Source: Candidatus Latescibacterota bacterium (GTDB lineage: Bacteria; Latescibacterota; UBA2968; UBA8231). Taken from it: a stretch of 64,000 nucleotides of DNA. Of this stretch, positions 47,980 through 58,592 are shown in pieces; the first letter of the stretch is position 1; the number at the start of each line of letters is the position of its first letter. Under the pieces are notes generated by a model that worked only from the letters and a program-made list of their open reading frames with translations, ran no database searches and was not told the origin of the DNA. The translations under genes were made by a program, and so were the position numbers. The stretch covers positions 654,639-718,638 of the forward strand of contig CBDCNM010000002.1 of assembly GCA_965219385.1 (NCBI GenBank), written 5' to 3'.

Positions 47980-50718
47980 ATGCCAGCGCCCAAACTCACC
48001 CCGGCCATGGAACAGTACAGGCATTTCAAGAGCCAGCACAAAGATGCCATCCTGTTCTTCCGCATGGGTGATTTCTACGAGATGTTTTACGACGATGCCA
48101 AGGTGGCCTCGCAGCTGCTCGGCCTGACCCTGACCGCGCGCAACCACGGCAAGACTGCGGGCGACGTGCCCCTGGCCGGGGTCCCCCATCACGCCATGGA
48201 GGGCTATGTCGCCAGGCTGATTCAGATGGGCCGCAAGGTCGCCATCTGCGAACAGGTAGAAGATCCCAAAAAGGCCAGGGGCGTGGTCAAGCGGGACGTG
48301 GTCCAGGTGGTATCGCCGGGCACCGCCCTCTCCGATTCCATGCTGGATCAGCAACGCAACAATTTCCTCGTCAGTCTGTGCCGGCAAAAGGACCTGGTCG
48401 GCCTGGCCGTCGTCGACCTGTCAACCGGAGACTTCACCCTCAACGAAGTGCCCCTCGCCCGCCACCAGGACGAGCTCGAAAGCCTGGCCCCGGCGGAACT
48501 GCTCCTCGGCGAAGGAGTGGAAAAGGAGTGGGTAAATGCCCTGGAGCGCACCCTGCCCGGGGTGGCGATCAGTCGCGTCGAAGACTGGCAGTTCGAATTC
48601 CATTCCGCCTATGAAATCCTGACCGGACAGCTCAAGGTGCAATCCCTCAAAGGCTTTGACTGCGAGGATCTGGAAAGCGCCATTCGCGCCGGTGGCGCCG
48701 CCCTGAGTTACCTGCGCGACAACCAGCGCGGCGCCATTGAGCACATCAACCGGCTGACCCGCAAGCGCAGCACCGAATACATGCTGCTGGATGCCACGGC
48801 GCAACGCAACCTCGATCTGCTCAGCAACCAGCGGGATGGCTCCTTGGAGGGGTCTTTGCTGGGCGTGCTCGACCACACCTTTACTCCCATGGGCGCGCGT
48901 TTGCTGCGCCAGTGGCTGGTGGCGCCCTTAAAGGATCCTGCGGCCATCCACCAGCGCCTCGACGCGGTGGCCGAACTGGTCGACCGACGCCCGGCCCGCG
49001 AAGGCCTGCAGGATCTGCTGCGCCAGGTGGGGGATCTGGAGCGCATGATGGCGCGGATCTGCTGCCAGCGGGCCAATGCTCGCGACCTGGTCGGCCTGGC
49101 CCATTCCCTCGGCCTGGTGCCGCGGATCCGCCAGCAGGTACAGCCCCTCGACAGCGCCCTGCTACAACACCTGGGCGGCGCGGAACTACCCGAGGCGGAC
49201 GAACTGGTGCAGTTGATCGGTCGCGCCCTGGTCAACGAGCCCCCGGCCACCCTGACCGACGGGGGGTTGATTCGCCGGGGCTACAACCAGGAAGTGGACG
49301 AGCTGCGGCGCGTCAGTACCGGCGGCAAGGACTGGATCGCCCGACTCCAGGCTCGGGAGCGCGAGCGCACCGGCATATCCTCGCTCAAGATCAGCTATAA
49401 CCAGGTTTTTGGGTATTACATCGAAATCAGCAAGGCCAACCTGGAACGGGCGCCCGCCGACTACATCCGCAAGCAGACCCTGACCAATGCCGAGCGCTAC
49501 ATCACCCCGGACCTGAAAGAGTACGAAGCCAAGGTCCTGGGCGCCGAAGAACGCCTCAACGAGCTGGAGAATCAACTCTTCCTGGAGTTGCGCGCCCAGG
49601 TGGCCGGCTGGACCCGGCAGGTACAGCAAATCGCCCGCAGTCTGGCCCGCATCGACGTGCTGACCGGGCTGTCCCAGGTGGCACAAAACCAGGACTATGT
49701 CCGTCCGCGGCTGGACGCGGGCACCCTCATCCAGATCGAGGCCGGGCGCCACCCGGTGGTGGAATGCCAGCTCCAGGAAGGACGCTTTGTGCCCAACGAC
49801 ATAGACCTGGATACCGGGGATTCCCAGATCCTCCTGATCACCGGCCCGAACATGGCCGGCAAGAGCACCATCATCCGTCAGGTGGGCCTGATCGTGCTGA
49901 TGGCCCAGATGGGCAGTTTCGTGCCCGCTCGCGCCGCCCGCATCGGCGTGGTGGACCGCATCTTCACCCGCGTGGGTGCCGCCGACAATCTGATCCGGGG
50001 CGAGAGCACCTTCATGGTGGAGATGAACGAAGCCTCCAACATTCTCAACAATGTCACCTCGCACAGCCTCATCCTGATGGACGAACTGGGCCGGGGCACC
50101 AGCACCTACGACGGCCTCAGCATTGCCTGGGCCATCGTGGAATTCCTCCACCAGCACCAAGGCGCGCACCCGCGCACCCTCTTTGCAACGCATTACCACG
50201 AGTTGACCGAGCTGGAAAACACCCTGGCGCGCGTCAAAAATTACAATGTGCTGGTGCGCGAAGAAGAGGACCACGTGGTCTTTCTGCACCGCATGGTAGA
50301 AGGCCCCTGCGATCGCAGCTACGGCATCAACGTGGCCCAGATGGCTGGCATGCCCGCAGAGGTGGTGAGGCGGGCAAATGAAATCCTGGCTCGGCTGGAA
50401 AGAGAGCAAACAGAGATCCCCAGCCAACAGCAACCGAGCGTGAGCCAAGAGCCGGCCCGGCCCCAGGGGGCCGACAACGACCAGCCCGACCAAGTGCAGA
50501 TGGAACTTTTCAGTCCATCCTCCCTCCCCCCGCCCCGAGCCCATTTTGAGGAAGAATTGCTGCAGATTGACCTGAGTCAGATCACGCCTCTGCAAGCCTT
50601 GCTCAAGCTGAACCAGTGGAAAGAAGAGCTGCGTGCCCCCGACGAGGAGTCCTCTGCTTCCTCTCCCAAAGGGACCTTGGGCGAAGGCTTCAAGGGGCCC
50701 GAAAAAGGCCGGCGCTAG
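47980..50718 (+). CDS. mutS: DNA mismatch repair protein MutS
   Basis: 'FFRMGDFYEMF', 'ITGPNMAGKST', 'GESTFMVEM', 'DELGRGTST', 'FATHYHEL'. Confidence 0.98.
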   Translation: MPAPKLTPAMEQYRHFKSQHKDAILFFRMGDFYEMFYDDAKVASQLLGLTLTARNHGKTAGDVPLAGVPHHAMEGYVARLIQMGRKVAICEQVEDPKKARGVVKRDVVQVVSPGTALSDSMLDQQRNNFLVSLCRQKDLVGLAVVDLSTGDFTLNEVPLARHQDELESLAPAELLLGEGVEKEWVNALERTLPGVAISRVEDWQFEFHSAYEILTGQLKVQSLKGFDCEDLESAIRAGGAALSYLRDNQRGAIEHINRLTRKRSTEYMLLDATAQRNLDLLSNQRDGSLEGSLLGVLDHTFTPMGARLLRQWLVAPLKDPAAIHQRLDAVAELVDRRPAREGLQDLLRQVGDLERMMARICCQRANARDLVGLAHSLGLVPRIRQQVQPLDSALLQHLGGAELPEADELVQLIGRALVNEPPATLTDGGLIRRGYNQEVDELRRVSTGGKDWIARLQARERERTGISSLKISYNQVFGYYIEISKANLERAPADYIRKQTLTNAERYITPDLKEYEAKVLGAEERLNELENQLFLELRAQVAGWTRQVQQIARSLARIDVLTGLSQVAQNQDYVRPRLDAGTLIQIEAGRHPVVECQLQEGRFVPNDIDLDTGDSQILLITGPNMAGKSTIIRQVGLIVLMAQMGSFVPARAARIGVVDRIFTRVGAADNLIRGESTFMVEMNEASNILNNVTSHSLILMDELGRGTSTYDGLSIAWAIVEFLHQHQGAHPRTLFATHYHELTELENTLARVKNYNVLVREEEDHVVFLHRMVEGPCDRSYGINVAQMAGMPAEVVRRANEILARLEREQTEIPSQQQPSVSQEPARPQGADNDQPDQVQMELFSPSSLPPPRAHFEEELLQIDLSQITPLQALLKLNQWKEELRAPDEESSASSPKGTLGEGFKGPEKGRR

Positions 50719-50778
50719 TCCTGGCGCCCCGGGAAGACCCAGGAGGGACGGCCCTGATTTCCCCTGGACCCAAACCCT

Positions 50779-51531
50779 ATGAGCAAAGCAAACCACAACC
50801 AGCAGGTAATCTTCGGGCGCCATCCGGTACTGGAGGCGCTGAAAGCCGGCCAGTCCTTTCAGCGTCTGCAAATCGCCCGCGGCACCCGGGGGGCCATCAT
50901 CGACGAGATCTTTGCCCAGGCCCGGCAGGCGCGCATCCCCTACGATGTAGTAGAGCGGGATCTCCTGGATCGCGCCGTGGGCGCCCGCCACCAGGGTGTC
51001 GTCGCCCACGTGGCGGCCCAATCCTATGTCGACTTCGACCAGATCCTGGCTGCCGTCGATCCGCAAAAGGCCTTCCTGGTCTTCCTCGACAGCATCCAGG
51101 ATCCCCACAACCTGGGCGCCATCATCCGTAGCGCCCATGCCGTCCGGGCCGACGCCGTCGTGATCCCGCAACGCGGGGCCGCTGGCCTCAGCGGCACCGC
51201 CATCAAGGCCGCGGCCGGGGCCTGCGCGTTTGTCCCCGTCTGCCGGGTCAAAAATCTGCAACGAGCCCTCCTGCGCGCCCGGGATGCCGGCCTGTGGATA
51301 GCGGGCCTGACCGTCGAGGGGACCCACGCCTTCACCCAACTCGACTTTCGGGGACCTTGCGCCCTGGTCGTCGGCGGCGAATCCAGGGGCCTGCGGCGGC
51401 TGGTGCGCCAGGTCTGCGATTTCGAGGTCGGAATCCCCATGGGCCGGAGCGAAGTCGGCTCCTTCAATGCCTCGGTAGCCGCCGGCCTGGTCCTCTACGA
51501 GGTCTTCCGCCAGCGCCACCTGGATGGTTGA
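50779..51531 (+). CDS. rlmB: 23S rRNA Gm2251 methyltransferase
   Basis: 'GRHPV.EAL', 'HQGVVA', 'DPHNLGAIIRSA', 'GGE..GL', 'SFNASVA'. Confidence 0.9.
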   Translation: MSKANHNQQVIFGRHPVLEALKAGQSFQRLQIARGTRGAIIDEIFAQARQARIPYDVVERDLLDRAVGARHQGVVAHVAAQSYVDFDQILAAVDPQKAFLVFLDSIQDPHNLGAIIRSAHAVRADAVVIPQRGAAGLSGTAIKAAAGACAFVPVCRVKNLQRALLRARDAGLWIAGLTVEGTHAFTQLDFRGPCALVVGGESRGLRRLVRQVCDFEVGIPMGRSEVGSFNASVAAGLVLYEVFRQRHLDG

Positions 51532-54049
51532 TCAAGGTATGAGTCCGCTCCGCGGCCCGCGAACAAAGCAGATGGTGCGGGGTGACGCGCCCCTGATCAG
51601 GCTGTGTTTTGGTCTTTTGACCTGCCTGCCGGCCGGCCCGCTCGCAGCCGGGGCCGCGGATCCAGATACCACCTTCAAGGCCGCTCACGCCCTCCTGGAC
51701 GAAATCAAAAACCGCGATCGCCAAACCGGCTTCGAGTACAAGGGGGAAACCATCCACGTGCGCGGCGATACCATCTTCCTGCAGGGCAAGGCCTCGGTGC
51801 TCCACAAAGGCGCCCGGCTCGAGGCCGCCCAGATCATCTTCCAGCGCCTGGACGAACGGGCGGAAGCGCGGGCCGGGCAGGACAGCAACGGCGTCAAGGT
51901 GGGCCGCCCTGTGCTCAAATACGGTAAAGAGACCATCCATGGCGAGCATATTCTCTACGACATGAAGACCCAGCACGGCACCATCCTCCAGGCCCGCATC
52001 CGCCGGGAGAAGGGCTTTTACGCCGGCCAACAAATCCGGACCCGCTCGGCCGCGGAATTTCACGCGCACCGCGGTTCCTACACCACCTGCGACCTGAAGG
52101 CCCCCCACTTTGATTTCTACAGCCCGCGCCTCAAGGTGCTGGTGGACGATATGGCCATTGCCCGGCCGGTGTACCTGAGGATCAAAGGGAAGCGGGTGCT
52201 GTGGATTCCCTTCTATGTGTTCTCGCTGCGCGAAGACCGCCAATCCGGGATCCTGACCCCCAGTTTTGGACGCCGCCCCATCCGCTTCGGCGCCCAGCGG
52301 AGCGAATGGGAACTGCGCAACCTGGGCTATTATATTGCCCCCAACGACTACTGGGACCTCATCCTTTCCGGGGATTTCCGCCAGCGCTCGGGCTGGCTGG
52401 CGCGCACCCGTTTGCATTACGCCCGGCGCTACCACTGGAACGGGCAGGTCGAGACCCGGCTGGAAAACAGGCAGGATGGCAAGCGGACCCGGTGGGAGTG
52501 GTGGACCAGCCTGCGCCACAACCAGGAGCTGGGCGAGAGCGCCCGCCTGCACGCCTCCGGCACCTTTCAGAGCAACAAGGACTTTGCCCGCGACAACAGC
52601 CTCCACCAGCAGGACCGCCTCAACCGCACCCTGCGCTCCAACCTGAGTTACAACAAGCGCTGGCGGCCGTCCGGCAACAGCCTGAGCGTCCGTGCCAGCA
52701 AGACCAAGCACCTGGACACCGAGCGCTTTGACACTGTTTTGACCGAAGTGAGTTTCCGCCCGTCCAGAAAGGCCCTGTGGCCGTCCTCCAAAAACCGGGA
52801 GAGAGGCGCTAAAAAGCCCTGGTACAGCCAGATTTACTACGATGGCAATGGGCGCCTGCGCAACACCCGACGCGGCAGCCCGGCCGACACCACCCGGACC
52901 GCCACCGATTTCACCCTGAGGATCTCGTCGCAGCAGCGCCCGCTGTCCTGGCTGCACTTCAATCCCAGCCTGACCGAAACCTGGAAAGACGCCGATCTGC
53001 GCAGCTCGGATGCTTCTTTTAGAGGTGTGCGCACCGATCGCCTGAGCGCCACAACGGGAATCACCCAGACCTTGTATGGTCTGTTCCACCCCCAGTTCGG
53101 GCGCGTAACCGCCTTCCGTCACGTTTTAAAACCCAACCTCTCCTTGCGCTATCAGGCCACCCACACAGATACCGGCGCGGTGGCGGGATTCGGCGGCGGG
53201 GGCAGTAGCCCCTGGAAGCAAAACCGGCAGGTCAGCGCGCGCCTGGACAACACCTTCTGGGTCAAGCTACTGAGGGGAGAAGAAGAGGCCAAAATCCGCC
53301 TGGCACAGCTCAATTTCTCCACCTCCTACAATATGGACAGGGAAAGACGTCCCCTCTCGGACCTGGTCTCCAGGCTCAGTTTCAACGCCGGCCGGACCCT
53401 CGATTCGCGCCTCACCCTGACCGCGGAATTCTACGACGATGAGGACCGGCTCCAGGTGCTGTCCCCGCGGCTCAAACGCTTTGAACTCAGGTCCAGTCTG
53501 CGCCTGTCCCGTCGCGCTCCGGGCCCCGGGGAGGGCGCCGGCCGGTCCAGCCGCGGTGGAGGGGACGACTTCGGAGGAGCCAGCAGGCTTACCTACAGCC
53601 GCGGTAGAGAGGATTACTTCGGGGATTCCAGCAGCACCTACAGCCGTGGCAGGGGGGACGATTTTAGCTTTGAGAGCGGCCTGCAGCAGGATATCCGGCG
53701 CCCGGATCGCGCCCAGCGCTTTCAATTGAGTCACTACTACTCCCGCTTCCGCAGCTCTACTCGCACCATCGAGCACTCCTGGCTACGCACCTCCGCTGGC
53801 GCCAGCTGGCGCCGGGTCTGGCATCTCCACTACTCTCTCAACTACAATCTCCACGACCCGGGAGAGGCCTTCTTCGCCACCGGGCGGATTACCTCGGAGT
53901 TGCTCTCCGTGCAGCGAGAATTCCACGACTGGACCGCGACCTTCAACCTAAAACCCAGCCGCTTTCACCGGAACCGCGCTTTTTATTTCAAGGTCCAGTT
54001 CAAGGACATGCCCCAGATCAAATTCGAACGCGGGGACCGGCGGTTCTAG
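51524..54049 (+). CDS. Putative LPS-assembly outer-membrane protein (LptD-like)
   Basis: OstA-like N-terminus, 'YTTCD...PHF', 'SGILTP.FG', 'GYY', beta-barrel-like C-terminus; start uncertain. Confidence 0.78.
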   Translation: MVDQGMSPLRGPRTKQMVRGDAPLIRLCFGLLTCLPAGPLAAGAADPDTTFKAAHALLDEIKNRDRQTGFEYKGETIHVRGDTIFLQGKASVLHKGARLEAAQIIFQRLDERAEARAGQDSNGVKVGRPVLKYGKETIHGEHILYDMKTQHGTILQARIRREKGFYAGQQIRTRSAAEFHAHRGSYTTCDLKAPHFDFYSPRLKVLVDDMAIARPVYLRIKGKRVLWIPFYVFSLREDRQSGILTPSFGRRPIRFGAQRSEWELRNLGYYIAPNDYWDLILSGDFRQRSGWLARTRLHYARRYHWNGQVETRLENRQDGKRTRWEWWTSLRHNQELGESARLHASGTFQSNKDFARDNSLHQQDRLNRTLRSNLSYNKRWRPSGNSLSVRASKTKHLDTERFDTVLTEVSFRPSRKALWPSSKNRERGAKKPWYSQIYYDGNGRLRNTRRGSPADTTRTATDFTLRISSQQRPLSWLHFNPSLTETWKDADLRSSDASFRGVRTDRLSATTGITQTLYGLFHPQFGRVTAFRHVLKPNLSLRYQATHTDTGAVAGFGGGGSSPWKQNRQVSARLDNTFWVKLLRGEEEAKIRLAQLNFSTSYNMDRERRPLSDLVSRLSFNAGRTLDSRLTLTAEFYDDEDRLQVLSPRLKRFELRSSLRLSRRAPGPGEGAGRSSRGGGDDFGGASRLTYSRGREDYFGDSSSTYSRGRGDDFSFESGLQQDIRRPDRAQRFQLSHYYSRFRSSTRTIEHSWLRTSAGASWRRVWHLHYSLNYNLHDPGEAFFATGRITSELLSVQREFHDWTATFNLKPSRFHRNRAFYFKVQFKDMPQIKFERGDRRF

Positions 54050-54098
54050 GGTCGCGTCCCGGTTGCCAAGGCCAGATGGATGAACTAGATTTAAAGAT

Positions 54099-54536
54099 AT
54101 GCGAGTTCTGGTCCAGCGCGTTAGTCAGGCGCGCGTCCTGGTGGAAGAGCAGGTCAAAGGCCAGATTGGCCGTGGCCTGGTCCTGCTGGTGGGCATCCAT
54201 CCCGACGACGACGAGAGCGCTCTGCGTTTTTGCGCCGAAAAGTGCGCCCACCTGCGGATCTTTGCGGACGAAGACGGCAAGATGAACCGCTCGGTGCTCG
54301 ACATCGGGGGGCGCATCCTCGCGGTGTCGCAGTTTACCCTGTACGGGGATTGCCGCAAAGGCCGCAGACCCAGCTTTGTCGAGGCGGCGCCGCCGGCACG
54401 GGCCGCGCTGCTGTGCGATCGCTTTGTCGAGATCCTAAAGGAACTCGGCCTCGAGGTGTCCCAGGGGGTATTCGGAGCCCACATGATGGTCGAAATCAGC
54501 AACGATGGGCCGGTGACCCTGATGGTGGAAAAATGA
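54099..54536 (+). CDS. dtd: D-aminoacyl-tRNA deacylase
   Basis: 'VQRV', 'SQFTL', 'KGRRPSF', 'NDGPVT'. Confidence 0.97.
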   Translation: MRVLVQRVSQARVLVEEQVKGQIGRGLVLLVGIHPDDDESALRFCAEKCAHLRIFADEDGKMNRSVLDIGGRILAVSQFTLYGDCRKGRRPSFVEAAPPARAALLCDRFVEILKELGLEVSQGVFGAHMMVEISNDGPVTLMVEK

Positions 54537-55162
54537 AGGGGCTTCCTGCGCCACACCTCATCCTGGGTTCGGGATCGCCGCGCCGGGCCGCGCTGCTGCG
54601 GCAGCTGGAACTGCCGTTCGAACAAGTGGTGAGTCCGGAGGAAGAGCCAGCTCTCCAGGGCGACGGCCCTGAAGCATGCGCGGTGGCGGCAGCCGGCGCC
54701 AAGGCCCGCGCCGTCCACAAACTGGTGCGGCAACGCGGCCTTGCCACAAACGCGGCGATCGTCATCGGGGCCGACACCATCGTCAGCCTGGACGGCAGGC
54801 TGCTGGGCAAGCCCCGGGATGCCGGGGAAGCCGTTGATATGCTGCGCGCGCTGTCCGGCCACACCCACCAGGTTTACACCGGTCTAGCCCTGGTCTGCGG
54901 GGACGACCGCGAACTGCGGGATTGCAGTGTGACCCAGGTGCGAATGGGGAAGATTTCAGAGAGAGACATCAGCGGCTATGTGCGCAGCGGCGAGCCTCTG
55001 GACAAAGCCGGCGCTTATGGCATCCAGGGGCTGGGCGCTCGCTTCATCGAACACATCGAAGGGTGTTATTACAATGTGGTCGGGCTGCCCCTGGCGCGCC
55101 TCGCCGCCCTGCTAGTGGAAGCGGGATACAACTTCAATACAACCACTGGTGACGACCGATGA
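54533..55162 (+). CDS. maf: Maf family nucleoside triphosphate pyrophosphatase
   Basis: 'LGSGSPRR', 'GADT', 'GKP', 'DKAGAYGIQG', 'NVVGLP'. Confidence 0.93.
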   Translation: MKGLPAPHLILGSGSPRRAALLRQLELPFEQVVSPEEEPALQGDGPEACAVAAAGAKARAVHKLVRQRGLATNAAIVIGADTIVSLDGRLLGKPRDAGEAVDMLRALSGHTHQVYTGLALVCGDDRELRDCSVTQVRMGKISERDISGYVRSGEPLDKAGAYGIQGLGARFIEHIEGCYYNVVGLPLARLAALLVEAGYNFNTTTGDDR

Positions 55163-56082
55163 ACTCAGAAGGATCCATCTCCGAGCAATTGCGCCAGTCG
55201 CGCCAAGGATTGCAAAAGAGCATTGAGGAAATCCACCAGCAGACCGGCGTGAGCCTCAATGTCCTGCGCGAACTGGAAGAGGGAAACTTCGAGGTGGTCG
55301 AACCGGTATTCCTGCGCCTGAGTCTGCGCACCTACGCCGAGTACTTGAAGCTGGACATGGACGCCATCCTGGCGACATACGACCAGGACTTCGCCTCCGC
55401 GCCCGAACTGTCTCCGAAGTTGGCCCAACCCGCTCCGCCGCTCGGCATTTCAACGCGGCGGCGCCTGATCGGCCTGGGCTTCGCCGGCCTGGTGGTGCTG
55501 GTGCTGGTGGCGCCGCTGGGGAACGAAGCCCCGGAAGCGCCCGAATCCGCAACGCCCGCCGTCCAGGCTGGAACTGAGTCTGAAGAACCCGCAAACCCGC
55601 AGAGCCTGGCAGCCTCCGAGTCCAGTACAGAGGAGAAGCTCGCGGAGACCAGCGGGGAAGATGCGGCAGTTGCGGCACGCCCGGTAGAATCACCCCCTGA
55701 CGCGCCCCTGGAAAGCGCCGCGCCTAGCGCCCCATCCGTTCTTCCGGCCGTGGACCACGACTCGCTCCTGGTTCTCAAGATCGAAGCCATCGACTCGGTC
55801 TGGGTAGAGATCAAAGGAGACAGTCTCGTCCTTTTTGAGGAAACGATACCGCCGGGCTTTACCGGGGCCTGGGAAACAACCGGCCACTTCCAGGTGCACG
55901 CGGGCCGCGGCCATGCTCTGCGCTACTGGTTCCAGGGCGAACCTCTGGGCGAAGGAGGTGTCCTGGGCACAGCCGAACAGGTGCTGCGGTTCAGGGTTTC
56001 TAGAGAGGGCACGATGTTGCTGAACCCGAACTTCGAGCTCCTGGCGCCAGCCCTTCAGCCCCAGGACGCCCCATCTCCATGA
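55159..56082 (+). CDS. RodZ-like protein (HTH + TM + DUF4115)
   Basis: N-terminal HTH ('LEEGNF', 'YAEYL.LD'), one TM helix, C-terminal 'SVWVEI..D'. Confidence 0.75.
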   Translation: MNSEGSISEQLRQSRQGLQKSIEEIHQQTGVSLNVLRELEEGNFEVVEPVFLRLSLRTYAEYLKLDMDAILATYDQDFASAPELSPKLAQPAPPLGISTRRRLIGLGFAGLVVLVLVAPLGNEAPEAPESATPAVQAGTESEEPANPQSLAASESSTEEKLAETSGEDAAVAARPVESPPDAPLESAAPSAPSVLPAVDHDSLLVLKIEAIDSVWVEIKGDSLVLFEETIPPGFTGAWETTGHFQVHAGRGHALRYWFQGEPLGEGGVLGTAEQVLRFRVSREGTMLLNPNFELLAPALQPQDAPSP

Positions 56083-58538
56083 GCCGCCGCTACCTGGAGG
56101 TGGCCCTGCCACCGCCCCTGGCCCGGGAACTCACCTATGGTCTGCCGCCGGTGCTGCAAGAGGATACCCACATCGGTTCCCTGGTCGTGGTACCGGTTGC
56201 CCAGCGGATGATGACCGGAGTGGTAATCGGTTTTGCCGCCCCGCCCGATCCGGCCGGCGAGCTCAAGCCGGAAGCCGTCCGCGATGTCGTTCAGGTTCTG
56301 GCCGGCGATTCCCTCCTGGATGCGGAACTGATCGACCTGTGCCGCTGGATGGCCAACTATTATTTTGCCCCTCTGGCCAGGGCGCTGATGGCGGCCCTGC
56401 CTCCGGGCATCCAACTCACCTCGAATCGCCTGGTCCAGCTCGGCGCCGACCGCGCCCTTGAACGCCGCGATGCCCTGGAAGAAAGGTTGCTGGAACAGCT
56501 GCGCAGGCATGGTCCTTTAAAGGTCACGACCCTGCAGCGGCGCTTGGGCCGGCGAGGACTGGAAAACGCCCTGCGCCGCCTCAAACGGGCCGGATGTATC
56601 GAAGTCCAGCCCGTACTGCAGGCCCCCCAGGTGCTCCACCAGCAGTGGGTCCGCCCCGGCCCGGCCGCCAGGGTGGAGAAGGCCATGGGGGAACTTGGAC
56701 GCCGCGCTCCCCGCCAGGCCGCTTGTCTGGCCCTTGTCGTGGAGCGCGGGTCCGCGGCCAAAAAAGATCTGGTGGCGCAGGGATTCAGCTATCAAATCCT
56801 GAAAAATCTGAGCGCCCGCGGTCTCATCGAGGACTTCGACCAGGAAATGGTGCGCGATCCCCTCTCCCACATAGGTCCCGAAACAGCCGCACCGCTGACC
56901 CCGAGCGCCAACCAGAAAAAGGTCCTGGAGTCCATTCACGCCGCCCTGGATGGGGCCGCGTTTTATCCCGTTTTACTGCAGGGCGTCACCGGCAGCGGCA
57001 AGACCCTGGTCTACATCCACGCCGCCGAGCGCGCCCTGGCGCAGGACCGCGGCGCCATCATCCTGGTCCCCGAAATCGCCCTGGCCTGGCAGATGGTGCG
57101 GCACTTCAAAGCTCATTTCGGGGCCCAGGTCGCGGTCCTGCACAGCCAGCTCTCCGAGGGCGAGCGCTACGATACCTGGCGCCGTCTGCGCCGCGGCGAA
57201 CAGCGGATCGTCATCGGGGCGCGCTCGGCCATCCTGGCCCCGGTCCGTCGTCCCGGCCTCATCGTGGTGGACGAAGAACACGATTCTTCCTACAAGCAGG
57301 AAGACCTGGAGAGCAGCCATCCGCTGTTTTACAATGCCCGGGACCTGGCCCTGGTGAGAGGTCAGCAGCAGGGAGCGGTCGTGCTCCTGGGGTCGGCCAC
57401 CCCCTGCCTGGAGTCCTACTGGAATGCCCGCACCCACAAGTACCACCTCCTCACCCTGCCCCAGCGCATCGACGATCGGCCACTGCCCAAGGTAGAGGTG
57501 GTGGACATGCGCTGCGAACCCTTTCAGACAAATAAGCGCGCCATCTTCTCGCGCACCCTGCGCTTGAAGATACGGGAGCGGCTCGACCGCGGTGAAAAAA
57601 TCGTGCTGCTGCAGAACCGCCGGGGGTTTGCTCCCTTTGTGGTCTGCGCCTCCTGCGGCGAGGCCGCCCAGTGCAAGAGCTGCCGGGTATCTTTGACCTA
57701 CCACCGCGGCCAGGCCCCGGAGACCCGCTGCCACTACTGCGATTTCCGTGCGCCCCTGCCCGCGATCTGTGGCTTTTGCGGCAGCGTCGAACTAAGCCTC
57801 GAAGGAGTGGGCACCCAGAAGGTGGAAGATGCGCTGGTGGAGCAATTCCCCGGCGTCCGCGTGATCCGCATGGACGTGGATACCACGGGTTGGAAAGGAG
57901 CCCACGACCAGTTCGTCGAGCGCTTCCGCGAGGGCGCGGCCGACGTCCTGCTGGGCACGCAAATGGTGGCCAAGGGCCTGGACTTCCCCGCAGTGACCCT
58001 GGTGGGCGTCATCTCCGCGGACACCGGCATGCACATGCCCGATTTTCGCGCGGCCGAGCGCAGCTTTCAGCTGCTCACGCAGGTAGCCGGCCGCTCGGGA
58101 CGGGGTTCTGCCCCCGGCGAGGTAGTGATCCAGACCCTGTTGCCCGAAAGCCCGGTGCTGCAAGCCGCGGCCGCGCAGCAATTCGAGGCCTTTGTGGACC
58201 TGGAACTAAGCGAGCGACGGCAGGTGGAATTTCCCCCCTTCGGCCGCCTGATCGTCTTCCGCTGGCGCGGCCGGGAGGAAGAAAAGGTAGAAGAGACAGC
58301 CAGAAAATGCACCGCCTGTCTGGACGCGGCCAAAGCCGCAGGGGTTGCTCTCCTGGGCCCGGCCCCAGCCCCTCTGGCCCGCCTGCGGGGCTACCACCGC
58401 TGGCAGGCCCTGATGCGCGGGACCTCGGCCCAGCAACTCCACGACTTCACGGCTCGCGCCCTCCCGGTCATGCAGCGGATTGCCCGCAAGGATAAGGTCG
58501 TGCTCACCGTCAATGTAGATCCTCTGACCATGATGTGA
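56079..58538 (+). CDS. priA: Primosomal protein N' helicase
   Basis: 'GVTGSGKT', 'DEEHD.SYKQ', 'GSATP', CxxC zinc motifs, 'GTQMVAKGLDFP', 'QVAGRSGR'. Confidence 0.97.
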   Translation: MSRRYLEVALPPPLARELTYGLPPVLQEDTHIGSLVVVPVAQRMMTGVVIGFAAPPDPAGELKPEAVRDVVQVLAGDSLLDAELIDLCRWMANYYFAPLARALMAALPPGIQLTSNRLVQLGADRALERRDALEERLLEQLRRHGPLKVTTLQRRLGRRGLENALRRLKRAGCIEVQPVLQAPQVLHQQWVRPGPAARVEKAMGELGRRAPRQAACLALVVERGSAAKKDLVAQGFSYQILKNLSARGLIEDFDQEMVRDPLSHIGPETAAPLTPSANQKKVLESIHAALDGAAFYPVLLQGVTGSGKTLVYIHAAERALAQDRGAIILVPEIALAWQMVRHFKAHFGAQVAVLHSQLSEGERYDTWRRLRRGEQRIVIGARSAILAPVRRPGLIVVDEEHDSSYKQEDLESSHPLFYNARDLALVRGQQQGAVVLLGSATPCLESYWNARTHKYHLLTLPQRIDDRPLPKVEVVDMRCEPFQTNKRAIFSRTLRLKIRERLDRGEKIVLLQNRRGFAPFVVCASCGEAAQCKSCRVSLTYHRGQAPETRCHYCDFRAPLPAICGFCGSVELSLEGVGTQKVEDALVEQFPGVRVIRMDVDTTGWKGAHDQFVERFREGAADVLLGTQMVAKGLDFPAVTLVGVISADTGMHMPDFRAAERSFQLLTQVAGRSGRGSAPGEVVIQTLLPESPVLQAAAAQQFEAFVDLELSERRQVEFPPFGRLIVFRWRGREEEKVEETARKCTACLDAAKAAGVALLGPAPAPLARLRGYHRWQALMRGTSAQQLHDFTARALPVMQRIARKDKVVLTVNVDPLTMM

Positions 58539-58592
58539 TGCCGAAGTTTATATACTTGCGTTTCCACCGTATATGGCTAAGTTTTTATCACC

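Noticed and set aside
49186..53122. Long antisense ORFs (777 aa, 552 aa) and similar ORFs elsewhere
   Set aside because: These are shadow ORFs of GC-rich genes (mutS, rlmB, lptD-like) with no recognisable motifs.
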